A DNA stretch of 64,000 bases from Candidatus Marinacidobacterales bacterium (lineage in GTDB: Bacteria; Acidobacteriota; Vicinamibacteria; Marinacidobacterales; DATDRI01): the NCBI GenBank assembly GCA_965219415.1, contig CBDCNP010000002.1:3072001-3136000 (forward strand), given 5' to 3'. Positions within the stretch are counted from its first letter, which is position 1; every line of letters begins with the position of its first letter. The position numbers and the translations under genes are program-made. The notes under the pieces are model-generated. The model saw only the letters and a list, made by a program, of their open reading frames with translations, searched no databases and had not been told where the DNA came from. Shown piece by piece: positions 1-9,784 of this stretch.

Positions 1-113
1 GCCGACGACCGTGCTCGATGACGAAGAAGCCGTACAGCAGCCGGAGCGACGCGGTGGGCACGGTGAACAGATCCATGGCGGCGATATCGTCTTTATGGTT
101 GCGCAAGAAAGCC
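1..113 (-). mobile_element. Internal fragment of IS-B integrase-core transposase
   Basis: Near-identical to about 15992-16104 (FLRNHKDDIAAMDLFTVPT region); cut by the IS-A end at 114. Confidence 0.85.
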
Positions 114-1312
114 CGTGAGGTCAAAATACTCATGCGGCTTCCCGATGGTAGAAACGTAGCAACCCGCCAAGCCGTTCACGGGAGCGCACCTTGCGCTCGG
201 ACTGAGGTAACGGGTCGCTGGCTGGGAACAGCAGCAGATTCTCCTTGCCTTGATGATTCCTCTCGTGGTGATAGTAGACGACGTACTCCCTAAGCGCATG
301 ACGGAGCGACTTCTCGCCGAACAGGATGAGCTTCGAGAGACATTCCTCTTTGACTGACTTCACCCAGCGCTCCGCGAACGAGTTCAAATCCGGGCTCCGT
401 GCGGGCAGCTTGACGGGCGCGACGCCAACCGCCTCGATGGTCCGGTGGAACGACTCGCAGAACTTCGAGTCCCGGTCGTGAATGAGGTATCGGCTCGAGG
501 ACAGAAAGCCGACATCTGCCATGGTCACGTTGCGAGCCACTTGAGTCATCCACTGTTCGTTCGGATGCGGCGTGATGCCGGCGACGTGGACTCGACGGGT
601 AGCCAGGTGCATGAAGAACAGAACGTAGTACGTCACCAACCCGCCCTGAGTCCACACTTGCGTGGTGAAGAAATCTGTCGCCGCGAGCACGTCCATGTGC
701 GAGCGGATGAACTCCCTCCACGTCGTGGTCTTCCGACGCTCTGGTGCGAGCGGAATGCCGTGGCGTTTCAGAATGTTACCGACGGTTTGGTCGGCCACTT
801 CATACCCGACGTTGGCTAGCGCCCCTGCAATCCGATCGTAACCCCAGGACTTGTTCTCCTTGGCGAGACGCACTACCAGATCTTCGATGTCGGCGTCGAT
901 TCGTGGTCGCCCTGGATACGGACGGTTCTTGGAGCTGTCGAACTTCTTCGCGACAAGCCTCCGGTGCCAACCTAGGATCGTGTCGGGATTCACGATACTC
1001 GCGATCTCATCAAGGGCTTGCTTACCCAGACGCTTTCCGAGCTCGGCCAGAGACCGCCGTTCGTCATCGGTCAGGTGCAAGCGACCCTGGAGCTGATTTC
1101 GAAGAACTCGATTCTCGGCCACAAGATACTCGTTGCGCAGGAGCAACTCCGCATCCACGGATCCTGAGATGTAGCTCAGCATGGTCTTCCAATCCATCGC
1201 AACTCCTTCCGCTGAACTGGAATACGTATCCGACAGCGATGGCGGATTCAAGCGGCCTTTGCGAAGGTGCAAACTGCTGACCCGCTGGGCGTTCGAGTAT
1301 TTTGACCAGACG
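114..1312 (-). mobile_element. IS-A, complete integrase-core (IS481/IS3-like) insertion sequence
   Basis: Inverted ends CGTGAGGTCAAAATACTC (114) and CGTCTGGTCAAAATACTC (1312, minus strand) enclose one transposase ORF. Confidence 0.85.
130..1197 (-). CDS. IS-A transposase, integrase core (rve/DDE) domain
   Basis: ATDFFT...LIHDRDSKF...SPDLNSFAERWV...YHHERNHQG motifs; start placed at MDWKTML inside the terminal repeat, behind GAAGGAG. Confidence 0.9.
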   Translation of the reverse strand: MDWKTMLSYISGSVDAELLLRNEYLVAENRVLRNQLQGRLHLTDDERRSLAELGKRLGKQALDEIASIVNPDTILGWHRRLVAKKFDSSKNRPYPGRPRIDADIEDLVVRLAKENKSWGYDRIAGALANVGYEVADQTVGNILKRHGIPLAPERRKTTTWREFIRSHMDVLAATDFFTTQVWTQGGLVTYYVLFFMHLATRRVHVAGITPHPNEQWMTQVARNVTMADVGFLSSSRYLIHDRDSKFCESFHRTIEAVGVAPVKLPARSPDLNSFAERWVKSVKEECLSKLILFGEKSLRHALREYVVYYHHERNHQGKENLLLFPASDPLPQSERKVRSRERLGGLLRFYHREAA

Positions 1313-1324
1313 ACCAATGGACCC

Positions 1325-1378
1325 CGTCCTGTGCCAAAACTCGGCCCAGCCGGCATTGACGAAAGAACTGCGCCTGTC
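1325..1378 (+). repeat. Chimeric end: IS-B right terminus fused to IS1 subterminal sequence
   Basis: CGTCCTGTGCCAAAACTCGGCCC followed by AGCCGGCATTGACGAAAGAACTGCG; same junction at 21684. Confidence 0.75.
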
Positions 1379-1649
1379 CCTTCCATAAACTCGAGCTGTA
1401 TGAGATTGGCGAATTTCCTGCAACCGGAATGCTTTGGTCGTCTTCATGTAGGACGTTTTAAGAGCCGGCGTCGGCTCTACTCAACAACCTGTCCCGGCTT
1501 CAGGAAGTTCAGGTTCGACGTGAGGCCGCGCGTAAACGTCTCTGGGTCCACGTAGGCGCAATGCCAGCACAGCTTGCGCGCTCGAACTCCTAAAACGTCC
1601 CGGCGCGCCGGTCTTGATTTCGTTTGTGTTTTTGGACACGACGGGGTGC

Positions 1650-1890
1650 CGATGAAGATCGAGCCAAGCAGCTGGCCGCAGCGTTGGCGGCCCTAGACAG
1701 TAACGATGAGAACTCGCTCATTAATCGACTGGTGCGCGAAATCCATCGCGCACGACAGGCGGTGCTGAACGCGGTGAACCCCGACGCTCTGGATTCACCC
1801 ATGGCGATCATAAAGGCCACGCTCACCGACCTGCTCAACGAGCACGCGAGGTCGCAAGCCGAGATGCTGCGGGCCCAGCAGGACCAGAGC
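1650..1890 (+). pseudogene. Fragment of a helical/coiled-coil hypothetical protein
   Basis: Protein-like stretch EDRAKQLAAALAALD...LTDLLNEHARSQAEML with no credible start or end. Confidence 0.4.
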
Positions 1891-2049
1891 CGCGTGTCCG
1901 CTCACACCCGTACCTCGTTGTATCTATCAAGAGCAACTATTTACTTGACTAACCACCTTCTACGATCCTCCCTATCTCGATAATGGTAGGAACTCGACTC
2001 CCAGGCCCGGCGCGTAATAACCTGTAGAATCGAAAGGATATAGATACCC

Positions 2050-2937
2050 ATGCGTTTCGTGGCTATGGTGTTCGTGGCGCTCATGGGCTGGACAGCCGAA
2101 GCGGACGCTACGCTGATTTTGGTGTACCGATCCAGCGACGCGATCATCATCGCCGCTGATAGTCTCAGGACGATCGGCACTGACCCGCCCAGACAAGTTC
2201 ACGTGTGCAAAATCCGAAACTTTGGGGACGTAGTGTTCGCTGCTAGTGGCACCAGCTATTCACGAGGGCCGTTGTCACTCGACGCGATCACCGCAGAACT
2301 TCACCGGGCCACGTATCCCGTCTTCTGGGACCGGATCAAAATGTTCGATTACGTGGTAGATACGGACTTCAAAAAGGTCCACAGCAGGAGGGTAACGACT
2401 GCCCATCGTGAGAAGCTAGAGCCTGAAATCCTAACGTTTGAGTACATTCTCGGCTTCATACTGGATGGTCGACTGGTCGCGTTGACAAGACGACTCACAA
2501 GTTCGCGCGCCGGCGTGGATTTTGGTACGCGGGAAGTCCTATCCGTGGGCACCGTCTTGCCATTAGGACAACCCGACATTCTGGACCATCTCTCCGATGT
2601 CGACCTTCCCGACGGTGCAGACAATACGGACCTGCCCACACTATTCACGGCGACCATTAACCACCAAGCGCAACGCATGCCGACGAAGGTCGGCGGCCAC
2701 GTCGACATCATCCGCCTGGCCGCCGATGGTGCCGAGTGGCTACAGCGCAAGGATCAGTGCGCCGCCCAAGAGGCCAGACCCCGTGAGGTCAAAATACTCA
2801 TGCGGCTTCCCGATGGTAGAAACGTAGCAACCCGCCAAGCCGTTCACGGGAGCGCACCTTTCGTGGTGATGGTAGACGACGTACTCCCTAAGTGCATGGT
2901 GGATTCAAGCGGCTCTTGGAAAGGTGCAAACTGCTGA
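2050..2937 (+). CDS. Secreted Ntn-hydrolase (proteasome beta/HslV-like) protein; native sequence ends about 2781 and reads into a mini-IS
   Basis: Signal peptide ending AEADA, then TLILVY...IIIAADS...CKI...FAASG...VGGHVDI, matching the proteasome-beta motif order. Confidence 0.6.
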   Translation: MRFVAMVFVALMGWTAEADATLILVYRSSDAIIIAADSLRTIGTDPPRQVHVCKIRNFGDVVFAASGTSYSRGPLSLDAITAELHRATYPVFWDRIKMFDYVVDTDFKKVHSRRVTTAHREKLEPEILTFEYILGFILDGRLVALTRRLTSSRAGVDFGTREVLSVGTVLPLGQPDILDHLSDVDLPDGADNTDLPTLFTATINHQAQRMPTKVGGHVDIIRLAADGAEWLQRKDQCAAQEARPREVKILMRLPDGRNVATRQAVHGSAPFVVMVDDVLPKCMVDSSGSWKGANC

Positions 2938-2969
2938 CCCGCTGGGCGTTCGAGTATTTTGACCAGACG
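2782..2969 (-). mobile_element. Mini IS-A (MITE-like, 188 bp, both termini)
   Basis: Starts CGTGAGGTCAAAATACTC, ends GAGTATTTTGACCAGACG; interior is three short pieces of 114-1312. Confidence 0.85.
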
Positions 2970-3094
2970 ACATGGCACACCAGTCTTGATACAGCCAGTC
3001 TCATAAAGGAGGCGCACAAGCAAAGAGGGAACGGGCATTAACTCCGATGAACTTGTGTAATTGTTAGCGGCGGCTGTAAATTGCACATTTGTGG

Positions 3095-3260
3095 GTGCTT
3101 GCGCTGTTTGCTGTTGGTGATGTGTACGTATCCCTTTGCAAAAAAAAGAGTTTACGCTCCATTTAGCGTGCGGCGAAGGTCGTGAGCGCTATTTTGGCTG
3201 TAATTTAATGCAGCGTAGAGTCTTAGCGTCATCCCACCAACACTTAATGGCGGAAGCACC
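3095..3260 (-). mobile_element. Solo end of an IS1-family element
   Basis: Ends in the reverse complement of GGTGCTTCCGCCATTAAGTGTTG; about 165 bp shared (inverted) with 25164-25330. Confidence 0.75.
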
Positions 3261-3468
3261 AAACATCGACGTGGCCTTCATGACCATGAACCTCCCCTAC
3301 ACGATGCCCTCCGAGGAGGCGGCGGAATGCGTGCGAGCATTCGAGCCGAGGATCGTCTATCCGTACCACTATCGCGGCTCAGATCTGAACGTTTTCGTCT
3401 CGGCGCTGAAGGACAAGTCAAACATAGAGGTTCGCGTTCGCGAGTGGTACGGGGGCTCCTCGAACTAA
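3261..3468 (+). pseudogene. C-terminal fragment of an MBL-fold metallo-hydrolase
   Basis: IDVAFMTMNLPYTM...EAAECVRAFEPRIVYPYHYRG; 5' part replaced by the IS1 end. Confidence 0.75.
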
Positions 3469-3611
3469 CACCCATTGGCGATCGTCGAAAACCCCGTAGC
3501 GAAACTTACCAACGCCACACCTCACCGATGTTCTCGATCCGGGCGAGGCGGTCGCTTGATCTGATAGCATGATGACGAAGTGGAGGAGCGCCGTTCTTTT
3601 TCCACGGACCT

Positions 3612-3703
3612 AATACGTATCCGACCGCGACGGCGGATTCAAGCGGTCTTTGGAAAGGTGCAAACTGTTAACCCGCTGGGCGTTCGAGTATTTTGACCAG
3701 ACG
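3612..3703 (-). mobile_element. Solo IS-A left end
   Basis: Matches 1221-1312. Confidence 0.85.
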
Positions 3704-3778
3704 GGCGAGACTCAACTAAAACAGTCTCCGGAAAACCCGGAGCGGTTCCAAAACAGACAGCGAGGAGAGGAGAGACAA

Positions 3779-4300
3779 ATGCAGCCACTTTACGATCCCG
3801 AGGGTGTTCGGCCCATGTGGGAGGAGCTTGCCCAATGCGGGGTCGAGCCCGTGCAAACAAGAGAGAACGTCGACGAGGCCTTGAAGAGGTCTGGGACAAC
3901 GCTCGTGGTGGTGAACTCGGTTTGTGGATGTGCTGCCGGCTCGGCGCGCCCGGGTGTGACTCGCGCCCTGCAACACAGCACAATTCCCGATCACCTCACG
4001 ACGGTCTTCGCCGGCGTGGACCGTGAGGCCACGGAGCGCGCCAGAGAGCACATGGTCGGCGTTGCTCCGAGCTCACCTTCGGTGGCCCTTTTCAAGGACG
4101 GCGAGCTCGTGCACATGCTTGAGCGACGACATATAGAGATGATGAACGATGAAATGGTGGCGCAGAACCTGACCGAGGTTTTCGACAAGTACTGCTCTCG
4201 ACAGGGACCGTCCGTCCCCAGAGAAGAGTACGAGAAGGTGGTGCACGCGCGGCAGTGTGGCTCCTCGGTGCCGTTGTTCGATCCCCTCTCAAGCCACTAG
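3779..4300 (+). CDS. BrxA/BrxB (YphP/YqiW) family bacilliredoxin
   Basis: VVNSVCGCAAGSARPG, TVFAGVDREAT and PSSPSVALFKDG motifs; purine-rich RBS before ATG 3779. Confidence 0.9.
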   Translation: MQPLYDPEGVRPMWEELAQCGVEPVQTRENVDEALKRSGTTLVVVNSVCGCAAGSARPGVTRALQHSTIPDHLTTVFAGVDREATERAREHMVGVAPSSPSVALFKDGELVHMLERRHIEMMNDEMVAQNLTEVFDKYCSRQGPSVPREEYEKVVHARQCGSSVPLFDPLSSH

Positions 4301-4408
4301 CAGGCGCTCTTCTCCCCGGCAAAGTCCAGTCCCGTCTCGGCCTTGGGGGCTGTTCCCCGCCCGTGGCGTGTCCCACCACCCATCCGGCCAGCCGTGCGCA
4401 CCTGTGCT

Positions 4409-5497
4409 CTGCCTTGGTGCACAACTCCGATAGAGGCCGAGAGCTCGCTTGGCCCCGACTCCCATCATCCGATCATCTCGCTATCAGGCATCCCGAGCGC
4501 CGTCATGGTGTTGAGAATCTTGCACCCGATCCTTGCCTCACCTCTCTGTGCCGCCAACCCTCTCGCTCGCATCGCTGAGCCCACGATAGCCTTGTAGCGA
4601 TGGAACGTTGTCTCGACTTTGCTCCGTTTGCTGTAGCCCGATTCTGTGTGCCACTTTCGTTTGCCGAGCCGAGCTTGTGCTGCAATGTTGCGATTGCGCT
4701 GTCGGCTGCTCGCCGGCCCCGATGCGAGCAGGGCACCCTTGCGCGGCGGTATCAGCACCCTCGGCGAGCGATGAGCGCTGTGATTCTCGATTGCCTCATA
4801 GACGCCGCCGGCGTCGTATGCGGTGTCAGCTCTGGCCGATGAGATGGGACTGTCGATCTGTCCGACAAGCGATGCAACCCGCGATGAATCGCGGGCTCTT
4901 TTGCTCGTCAGCTCGCCGGCGACGACTTCGCCACTCTGCTCGTCGACACACAGATGGAGCTTGCGATAGTCCCTGCTCTTTTGTGCTCTGCGCAGCTGGC
5001 CGGCGTGGACAGCGAGACCGCTGCTGTCGATCAAGATGTGCAACGGCGTCTTCTGCTTGACTGGGTAGAAGGGGACCTTACCCAGCTTCGGCTTGCGCCT
5101 CGAGAGCGTGGTGTGAACGGGCACATCATTGTCTAGCTTCATCAGAGCGAACAACGACCGCAGCAATCCCTCGCTCTGCCTAGATGACAGATGAAACACC
5201 ATGCCCAGGGTGACAGCCGTCTCGATGGCGTGGTTCGAGTACTTGCGTTGACGGCCCGGTTTCCTCCTCCTTGGCCGGGGCGCGTCCCAGTTCACAAGCT
5301 TGCCGGCGGTGAGCGAGATCCAGACGGTCAGGCTCCCGCGGTTGCGTAGACCCGCCTCATATTCACGCCAATTCCTCACGCGATAGGCCTTCTTCACATA
5401 CTTCCGCTGAGTGCGTTTGAAAATGCTCATGGGGAACCTCGTATCCGCGAGTACAGGACAATTGTGGACCGAGATCGCGAGTTGTGCACCAAGGCAG
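4409..5497 (-). mobile_element. IS5 family (IS903-like) element
   Basis: Perfect 19-bp inverted repeats CTGCCTTGGTGCACAACTC; flanked by direct repeat CTGTGCT (4402-4408 and 5498-5504). Confidence 0.9.
4465..5430 (-). CDS. IS5/IS903-group DDE transposase
   Basis: YRVRNWREYEAGLRNRGSLTVW, IDSSG, RKLHL, ADTAYD and GYSKRSKVET motifs. Confidence 0.92.
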   Translation of the reverse strand: MSIFKRTQRKYVKKAYRVRNWREYEAGLRNRGSLTVWISLTAGKLVNWDAPRPRRRKPGRQRKYSNHAIETAVTLGMVFHLSSRQSEGLLRSLFALMKLDNDVPVHTTLSRRKPKLGKVPFYPVKQKTPLHILIDSSGLAVHAGQLRRAQKSRDYRKLHLCVDEQSGEVVAGELTSKRARDSSRVASLVGQIDSPISSARADTAYDAGGVYEAIENHSAHRSPRVLIPPRKGALLASGPASSRQRNRNIAAQARLGKRKWHTESGYSKRSKVETTFHRYKAIVGSAMRARGLAAQRGEARIGCKILNTMTALGMPDSEMIG

Positions 5498-5498
5498 C

Positions 5499-5550
5499 TG
5501 TGCTCCGCAAAAAATCGATCCGGCGTTGATTGCGCGTTTTAGACCTGCTA
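5499..5550 (+). repeat. Orphan mobile-element end, here called element C (TGTGCTCCGCAAAAA...)
   Basis: Related copies at 10640-10729 (-), 12430-12510 (-) and 26715-26760 (+); variant at 15149. Confidence 0.65.
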
Positions 5551-5784
5551 TATTCGGCGGCTTCTGGCCGATCTTCTTTTTTGCGGATCACAGGTGGTTG
5601 CCGGATGGGAACGGATCTGGAGGAGAGCGTCTGCGACAGCTGCGGACGGACTTATGATCACGAGAACCTCTTTGTAGTCGGTTCTCCGACGATGCCCACC
5701 GGCAGATACACCAACAGAATACTGACGTTGGTTGCTTTAAGCCTACGTTCGGCTCCGAGGATGACAGAGACGCTGAGCTAGTTC

Positions 5785-7416
5785 ATGCGAACCACGTGGG
5801 TGACTCTCGCGACGGCCCTGGCCTTGAATGCGGCCGATGGGGTCGCGGCCTCTACGTACTCCGAGCTTGTCGTGATCTATGGCGACATCGGTACCGCGCG
5901 GTCTCCCAAATGGGTCGATGGATTGCCGGATCCAAGTCCGGAAACGCTCTCCACGGACCGGCGTCAGTACGAAGAGCTTCGAAAGCGATTGGCCGCCATC
6001 GATCCGACCGGTTGGCCGGCGGCTCGCAAGATCGACTACCTCCTCGTCCGGTCTCTTCTGAACGGATGGGATTTCGAATATCGCGTCGTGCGAAATCCGT
6101 CTCGCAATCCCGGTCACTACCTCGTCGGGATTCAGGGTATTGCTTATACCGAGCTTCCTCTCGACGAGAAAAAGCTCGCCGGAATTCGCATGAAGCTGCG
6201 CGCGATTCCCCGGGTCTTGGAGCAGGGAAAGAAGAATCTCCATGAGAGGTCGCCGGCCCTATCGTGGATCACGATTGGAAATCTGGAGCTCGACATCGGA
6301 GTCCCTCATGGTGAGCCGCGGCGAGACGTGCCGCCTCCGGGGACGATTGGTTGGTTCCGAGATCTCGAGGAACGACTAGGGAAACATCATCCGGAGCTCG
6401 TGCCGGACGCCGAGGCAGCGCGGGCTGCACTCGAAGGCTACCGGGATTGGCTGAGGAAGGATCGGGGTCGGGCGGACGAGCATCCCGGAGTTGGGCGCGT
6501 CGAGTTCGACTGGTACTTGAAACATGCCCGACTGATTCCGTTTACCGCCGAAGAGATACTTGCGTTTGCAACCCACGAGCTGAAGCGGATGCAGGCGATG
6601 CTAGCTTGGGAGCGGCATCGGAACCGGAAACTACCCGAGCTCGTGCCGGTGGGATCGACAGAAGAATATGCCCGTCGAAAAGAAGACGCAGAGCGGCATA
6701 TTCGAGCCTTTCTCGTCGAGGACGACATTCTTACCGTTCCCGAGGACGTCGGGGATTTCACCGAGGCGCGGGAGCAAAGCCGCCCTTGGTTCGCTCGCCC
6801 CAGCGGAAAGCGAAACCTCTGGGAGGAGATCCAATACCGGGACCCGCGACCCGATCTGCTTCATACGGTTATACCGGGCCATGCATTCGACGATCGGGTT
6901 CGAAAGGGGCCTACCCCGATTCGCGAGAACTTCCGCGACCGGGCGGGAAGGGAAGGCTGGACCCTTTATGCTCAGGAGATGCTGTTACGCACGGGTTTTC
7001 TGGATCATCTGCCCCGCACGCGTGAGCTCATGGTCAACTTCCTCATAGCACGGTCGGCGCGGGCGATTGTGAACGTGAAGCTTCAGCTCAACGAGTTCTC
7101 GGTCGAAGAGGCCGTCGATTTCCTTTCTGAGAACGTGCCGTTCAACGCGAAAGACAGCTACCGTATCGACGCCGAGTTCTATGACATGTTGAGTCGGCCC
7201 ACTTACGCCATCAACTGGTATGTGGGCAAGGTGCAGATCGACCGGCTGGTGGCCGACCGCTCTCGCCAACTGGGAGCGGAGTTCGACTTACGACAGTTCC
7301 ACGATGCGTTTCTCGCTTCGGGTGCGATTCCGGTCGCTCTCGTTCGCTGGGCGATGACGGGATTCGACGATGAGATTCAACCCTTGTGGAACGTCGAAAC
7401 GAGCCCCAATAGGTAA
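5785..7416 (+). CDS. DUF885 family exported protein
   Basis: Signal peptide; HTVIPGH, EGWTLYAQEM and FDLRQFHDAFLASGAIPVAL match the DUF885 C-terminus. Confidence 0.85.
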   Translation: MRTTWVTLATALALNAADGVAASTYSELVVIYGDIGTARSPKWVDGLPDPSPETLSTDRRQYEELRKRLAAIDPTGWPAARKIDYLLVRSLLNGWDFEYRVVRNPSRNPGHYLVGIQGIAYTELPLDEKKLAGIRMKLRAIPRVLEQGKKNLHERSPALSWITIGNLELDIGVPHGEPRRDVPPPGTIGWFRDLEERLGKHHPELVPDAEAARAALEGYRDWLRKDRGRADEHPGVGRVEFDWYLKHARLIPFTAEEILAFATHELKRMQAMLAWERHRNRKLPELVPVGSTEEYARRKEDAERHIRAFLVEDDILTVPEDVGDFTEAREQSRPWFARPSGKRNLWEEIQYRDPRPDLLHTVIPGHAFDDRVRKGPTPIRENFRDRAGREGWTLYAQEMLLRTGFLDHLPRTRELMVNFLIARSARAIVNVKLQLNEFSVEEAVDFLSENVPFNAKDSYRIDAEFYDMLSRPTYAINWYVGKVQIDRLVADRSRQLGAEFDLRQFHDAFLASGAIPVALVRWAMTGFDDEIQPLWNVETSPNR

Positions 7417-7460
7417 TTTCTTAGAAAGCTGTAAGCGGGTACTAATCGTACAAAAACGCC

Positions 7461-9413
7461 GTGAAGATTTCGACGATATTGGATCACATCGACAGTGGGC
7501 ACATGGCGCTCCCGGAATTCCAGCGCGGTTATGTCTGGAACCGCGATCAAGTGCGCGGCTTGTTTGATTCCCTCTATCATCGGCACCCGGTCGGTGGGCT
7601 CTTGGTCTGGGCCACGGAGGCGAAAACGGCTGTCCATCGCGGCGACCGTCCGGTCGCCGCGGGCATTGTCAAACTGCTGCTGGATGGACAACAGCGCATG
7701 ACATCGGTCTATGGCGTCGTACGGGGTAAACCGCCAAAGTTCTTTGACGGCAACTCCCGGGCGTTCACGGGGCTTCGGTTTCACCTCGGCACCGAAACCT
7801 TCGCCTTCTATCAACCTATCAAGATGCAGGACGATCCCCTGTGGATCGACATGACAGAGCTGATGCAGAGAGGCACGGAGGGTCTAGGTAGCTTCGTTGC
7901 CCAGCTTGCCGCGAATCCCCAGCACGCGGCTCTGGTCGGTGATATGGCTGGACGCCTAAGCAAAATCCTCAGCATCACCGACATCGACCTGCATGTCGAA
8001 GAGGTGACAGGTCCAGGCAAGACCCTCGATATCGTTGTCGACATCTTCAACCGTGTGAACAGCGGCGGCACCAAGCTGTCCAAGGGCGATCTAGCCTTGG
8101 CGAAGATTTGCGCGGAATGGCCAGACGCCCGCGAATCCATGAAGGCCAAGCTGCAAGAGTGGAATGCCGCGGGGTATCATTTCAATCTGGACTGGCTACT
8201 GCGGTCGATAAACACGATTCTGACCGGCGAGGCCAAGTTCAGCTTTCTCCATGACAAGGGCGCGCTCGATATCCAGGACGGGTTGAAACGCGCCTCGACG
8301 CACATCGACACGTCACTAAACCTTATCGCCGGGCGGCTCGGCCTCGACAATGATCGGGCCCTCTTCGGTCGCTTCGGCCTGCCGGTTATGGTGCGTTACA
8401 TGGACAAGAAGAGCGGTTCGCTGGACGCGAAAGAGCGGGACAAGCTGCTCTTCTGGTTCGCGCAGGCGGGCATGTGGGGCCGGTTCTCGGGATCCACCGA
8501 AACGGTCATCGACCAGGACCTCGCTGCCCTAGAAGGACCGAAAGGTGGACTCGATGCGCTGATCGAGCAATTGCGCCTGTGGCACGGGAGTTTGCGGGTT
8601 GAGCCTGATCATTTCACTGGCTGGAGCCTCGGCGCACGGTTCTATCCGGTGCTATACATGCTTACCCGCATGGGCGACGCCCTTGATTGGGGCACCGGCT
8701 TGCCGCTCAAGGCGACCTTGCTCGGCAACATGAACCGCCTGGAGGTGCACCACATCTTTCCGAAGGCGAGGCTCTATGAGCGCGACTATAGGCGGGACGA
8801 AGTGAACGCGCTGGCGAACTTCTGCCTCCTGACCAAGGACACTAACTTGGATATCAGCAAGCGCTGGCCCGAGGAATACTTTGCCGAGGTGGAGGCGAAG
8901 CATTCCGGCGCGCTCGCCTCCCAATGGATTCCCATGGATCCAGCGCTCTGGAAGATCGAACGTTATTTCGACTTCCTCGAAGCACGAAAAGCACTGCTGG
9001 CGGAGGAAGCCAACAAGCGATTCGAAGAGCTGCTGCACGGCGATACGCACTGGCTTTCTGGCATAACAGAGGTTCCATCAACGCCGTCGCCAGCGGTGGT
9101 CGGGGGGATCACGGGAGAGACCGAAGAGGCGGAGCTGAAAGCCGTAAACCAATGGGTGGAAGAACAGGGGCTCCCAAGCGGACATGTGGCCTTCGACTAT
9201 GCAGATGCCGAAACGGGAGTCCAGAAGGCCGTCTTTGATCTGGTTTGGCCGGAAGGGCTCCAGCCCGGCCTGACGGAACCGGTAGCGGTGCTGCTGAACG
9301 AAACCGCGGAGGTTTTGGCGCTGGCGAGTACTGCTGGCTTTCACTGTTTCACCACGGTTGCAGAATTTCGCACTTATGTCGAAGCCGATATCTTAAAACT
9401 TGAGACCGTCTGA
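7461..9413 (+). CDS. GmrSD-type modification-dependent restriction endonuclease (DUF262 + HNH/DUF1524)
   Basis: LPEFQRGYVW, LLDGQQR and FNRVNSGG (DUF262); EVHHIFPK...LANFCLL...N (HNH). Confidence 0.88.
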   Translation: MKISTILDHIDSGHMALPEFQRGYVWNRDQVRGLFDSLYHRHPVGGLLVWATEAKTAVHRGDRPVAAGIVKLLLDGQQRMTSVYGVVRGKPPKFFDGNSRAFTGLRFHLGTETFAFYQPIKMQDDPLWIDMTELMQRGTEGLGSFVAQLAANPQHAALVGDMAGRLSKILSITDIDLHVEEVTGPGKTLDIVVDIFNRVNSGGTKLSKGDLALAKICAEWPDARESMKAKLQEWNAAGYHFNLDWLLRSINTILTGEAKFSFLHDKGALDIQDGLKRASTHIDTSLNLIAGRLGLDNDRALFGRFGLPVMVRYMDKKSGSLDAKERDKLLFWFAQAGMWGRFSGSTETVIDQDLAALEGPKGGLDALIEQLRLWHGSLRVEPDHFTGWSLGARFYPVLYMLTRMGDALDWGTGLPLKATLLGNMNRLEVHHIFPKARLYERDYRRDEVNALANFCLLTKDTNLDISKRWPEEYFAEVEAKHSGALASQWIPMDPALWKIERYFDFLEARKALLAEEANKRFEELLHGDTHWLSGITEVPSTPSPAVVGGITGETEEAELKAVNQWVEEQGLPSGHVAFDYADAETGVQKAVFDLVWPEGLQPGLTEPVAVLLNETAEVLALASTAGFHCFTTVAEFRTYVEADILKLETV

Positions 9414-9535
9414 GGAAGGCTCCGACTACAACGAAATGAAAGTGACTGCTGCGCTGAGCCCGTCCGTTGCATCCGTGCTGTGCGAGTGGCGACGATGAAG
9501 GTAGAGAAGTATCAGATCCCCTCGGAGGTCGAGAT

Positions 9536-9630
9536 CGTCTGGTCAAAATACTCGAACGCCCAGCGGGTCAGCAGTTTGCACCTTTCCAAGGGCTGCTTGA
9601 ATCCGGCATCGCGGTCGGATGAGTATTCCT
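9536..9630 (+). mobile_element. Solo IS-A left end
   Basis: CGTCTGGTCAAAATACTCGAACGCCCAGCGG... Confidence 0.85.
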
Positions 9631-9784
9631 TCCGGGTGCACAGTTCGTTGCCTGCAGCTCGCCCCGCAGCCGGATTTGAGTCAGCCGTGCCCACCCCAGT
9701 GGGCCTGTCGTCCGCCACCCGCAGCCCAGGGATCGGAAGCCAGCCTTGGCGCGAAATACCCTCGATTCTGAGCGGATTCCAAGG

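Noticed and set aside
1198-1386. N-terminal extension of the 418-aa transposase ORF
   Set aside because: It runs through and beyond the terminal repeat; the RBS supports a start at 1197
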